This document shows positions 19,190 through 20,000 of a stretch of DNA of 20,000 bases, one piece after another; the first letter of the stretch is position 1; every line of letters starts with the position of its first letter. Under the pieces are notes generated by a model. It had not been told where the DNA came from, ran no database searches, and saw only the letters and a list, made by a program, of their open reading frames with translations. The position numbers and the translations under genes are program-made. The stretch comes from Craspedostauros australis. Its lineage: Eukaryota. The stretch spans positions 45,052-65,051 of the forward strand of contig JALAGF010000679.1 in the NCBI GenBank assembly GCA_030167865.1, written 5' to 3'.

Positions 19190-20000
19190 GTTCAATTCGC
19201 TATGATTCGACGTCTCCTGTGTTGTGTTTGCGTTGTGTCTGGCCGGCAGCTGAGGGAATGCTCACCACCACGACAGAACACTGCCATCAAACGAGAGGGT
19301 TGCGTGTCCGAATCATGCCACGCTCGTGTTCTGCGTTGAGATGGGATTCCTCATCATGTCTGGCAACATCAAAGATCCATCACCTGGGGTTGTGACAAAC
19401 AACTCAAACGCGACCGCTGTTCGTTGGTTGGTTGGTTGGGGTTTTTGTCGGAACGTACAAAGGACAGACATGGCCTATGAGACAACTCTAGTTCGCGAAA
19501 CTTGCTGCTCTCTCTGTCTCCAGGGAGAGAGAGGGAGAGCAGGACACGGTAGCCATGGAGGGCGAACATGCCCAAAGTACGAGCAATGTATGGCTGGAGA
19601 GGAAGGATGCGGAGGCCAGGATACAATTAACGTCAGCTCACCACAAATTGATGCTCTCAGGATGTGATGGCTGCTGGCTGTGTTCTGAAAATGGACTACG
19701 ACCTGCACCAAATGCAGAATGGGGTCACGATAGCACTAGTTGTAGAGTTTTGGCCCCTTGTTGCCACTGGTTTGCTTGCTTCTGGGAGCAACGGCGATTG
19801 TACATTTAGAGCTATTTCGTGTTGTTCCTCCATGATCCGTCTTCTACGTCACAGGATGGATTCGACGTCATGCGAAACCACTCACAACACAAGATGTGAG
19901 TGCTTCTCGCAGCACGTGGCCCTTGCTTCGCGACACAACGTGATGGCTCCACGACGCACACACCAATCGCGCCGCAACACACGCGGACCGTGCTGCAACA

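Noticed and set aside
1..20000. Transposase, reverse transcriptase, CRISPR or prokaryotic defence system
   Set aside because: No such motifs or repeat-spacer arrays seen; the sequence is intron-containing eukaryotic DNA

Overview
Eukaryotic, gene-dense nuclear DNA with GT-AG introns, most consistent with a diatom or related stramenopile (bipartite plastid-targeting signal, -DEL ER-retention signal, diatom-type HSF); the species cannot be determined. Seven well-supported genes, in order: (1) a type II membrane O-fucosyltransferase-family glycosyltransferase (minus strand, runs off the window start, missing from the ORF track); (2) a three-exon ER Hsp70-superfamily chaperone HYOU1/GRP170; (3) a plastid/thylakoid-targeted stand-alone LTO1/VKOR-type thioredoxin; (4) two-exon 20S proteasome alpha-2; (5) a heat shock transcription factor; (6) an ASH2L/Bre2/TRAUCO-like SPRY protein; (7) a CS (p23/NudC-like) domain protein with a Cdc37-like N-terminal motif. 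There is also a degenerate ankyrin-repeat ORF. The most notable points are a UPRE/G-box/CCAAT cluster upstream of HYOU1, the Cdc37-motif + CS-domain architecture, the VKOR-less lumenal thioredoxin, and a possibly coincidental concentration of proteostasis genes. No CRISPR array, RNA gene or recognisable transposon was found. All family calls are by motif recognition, not database search.
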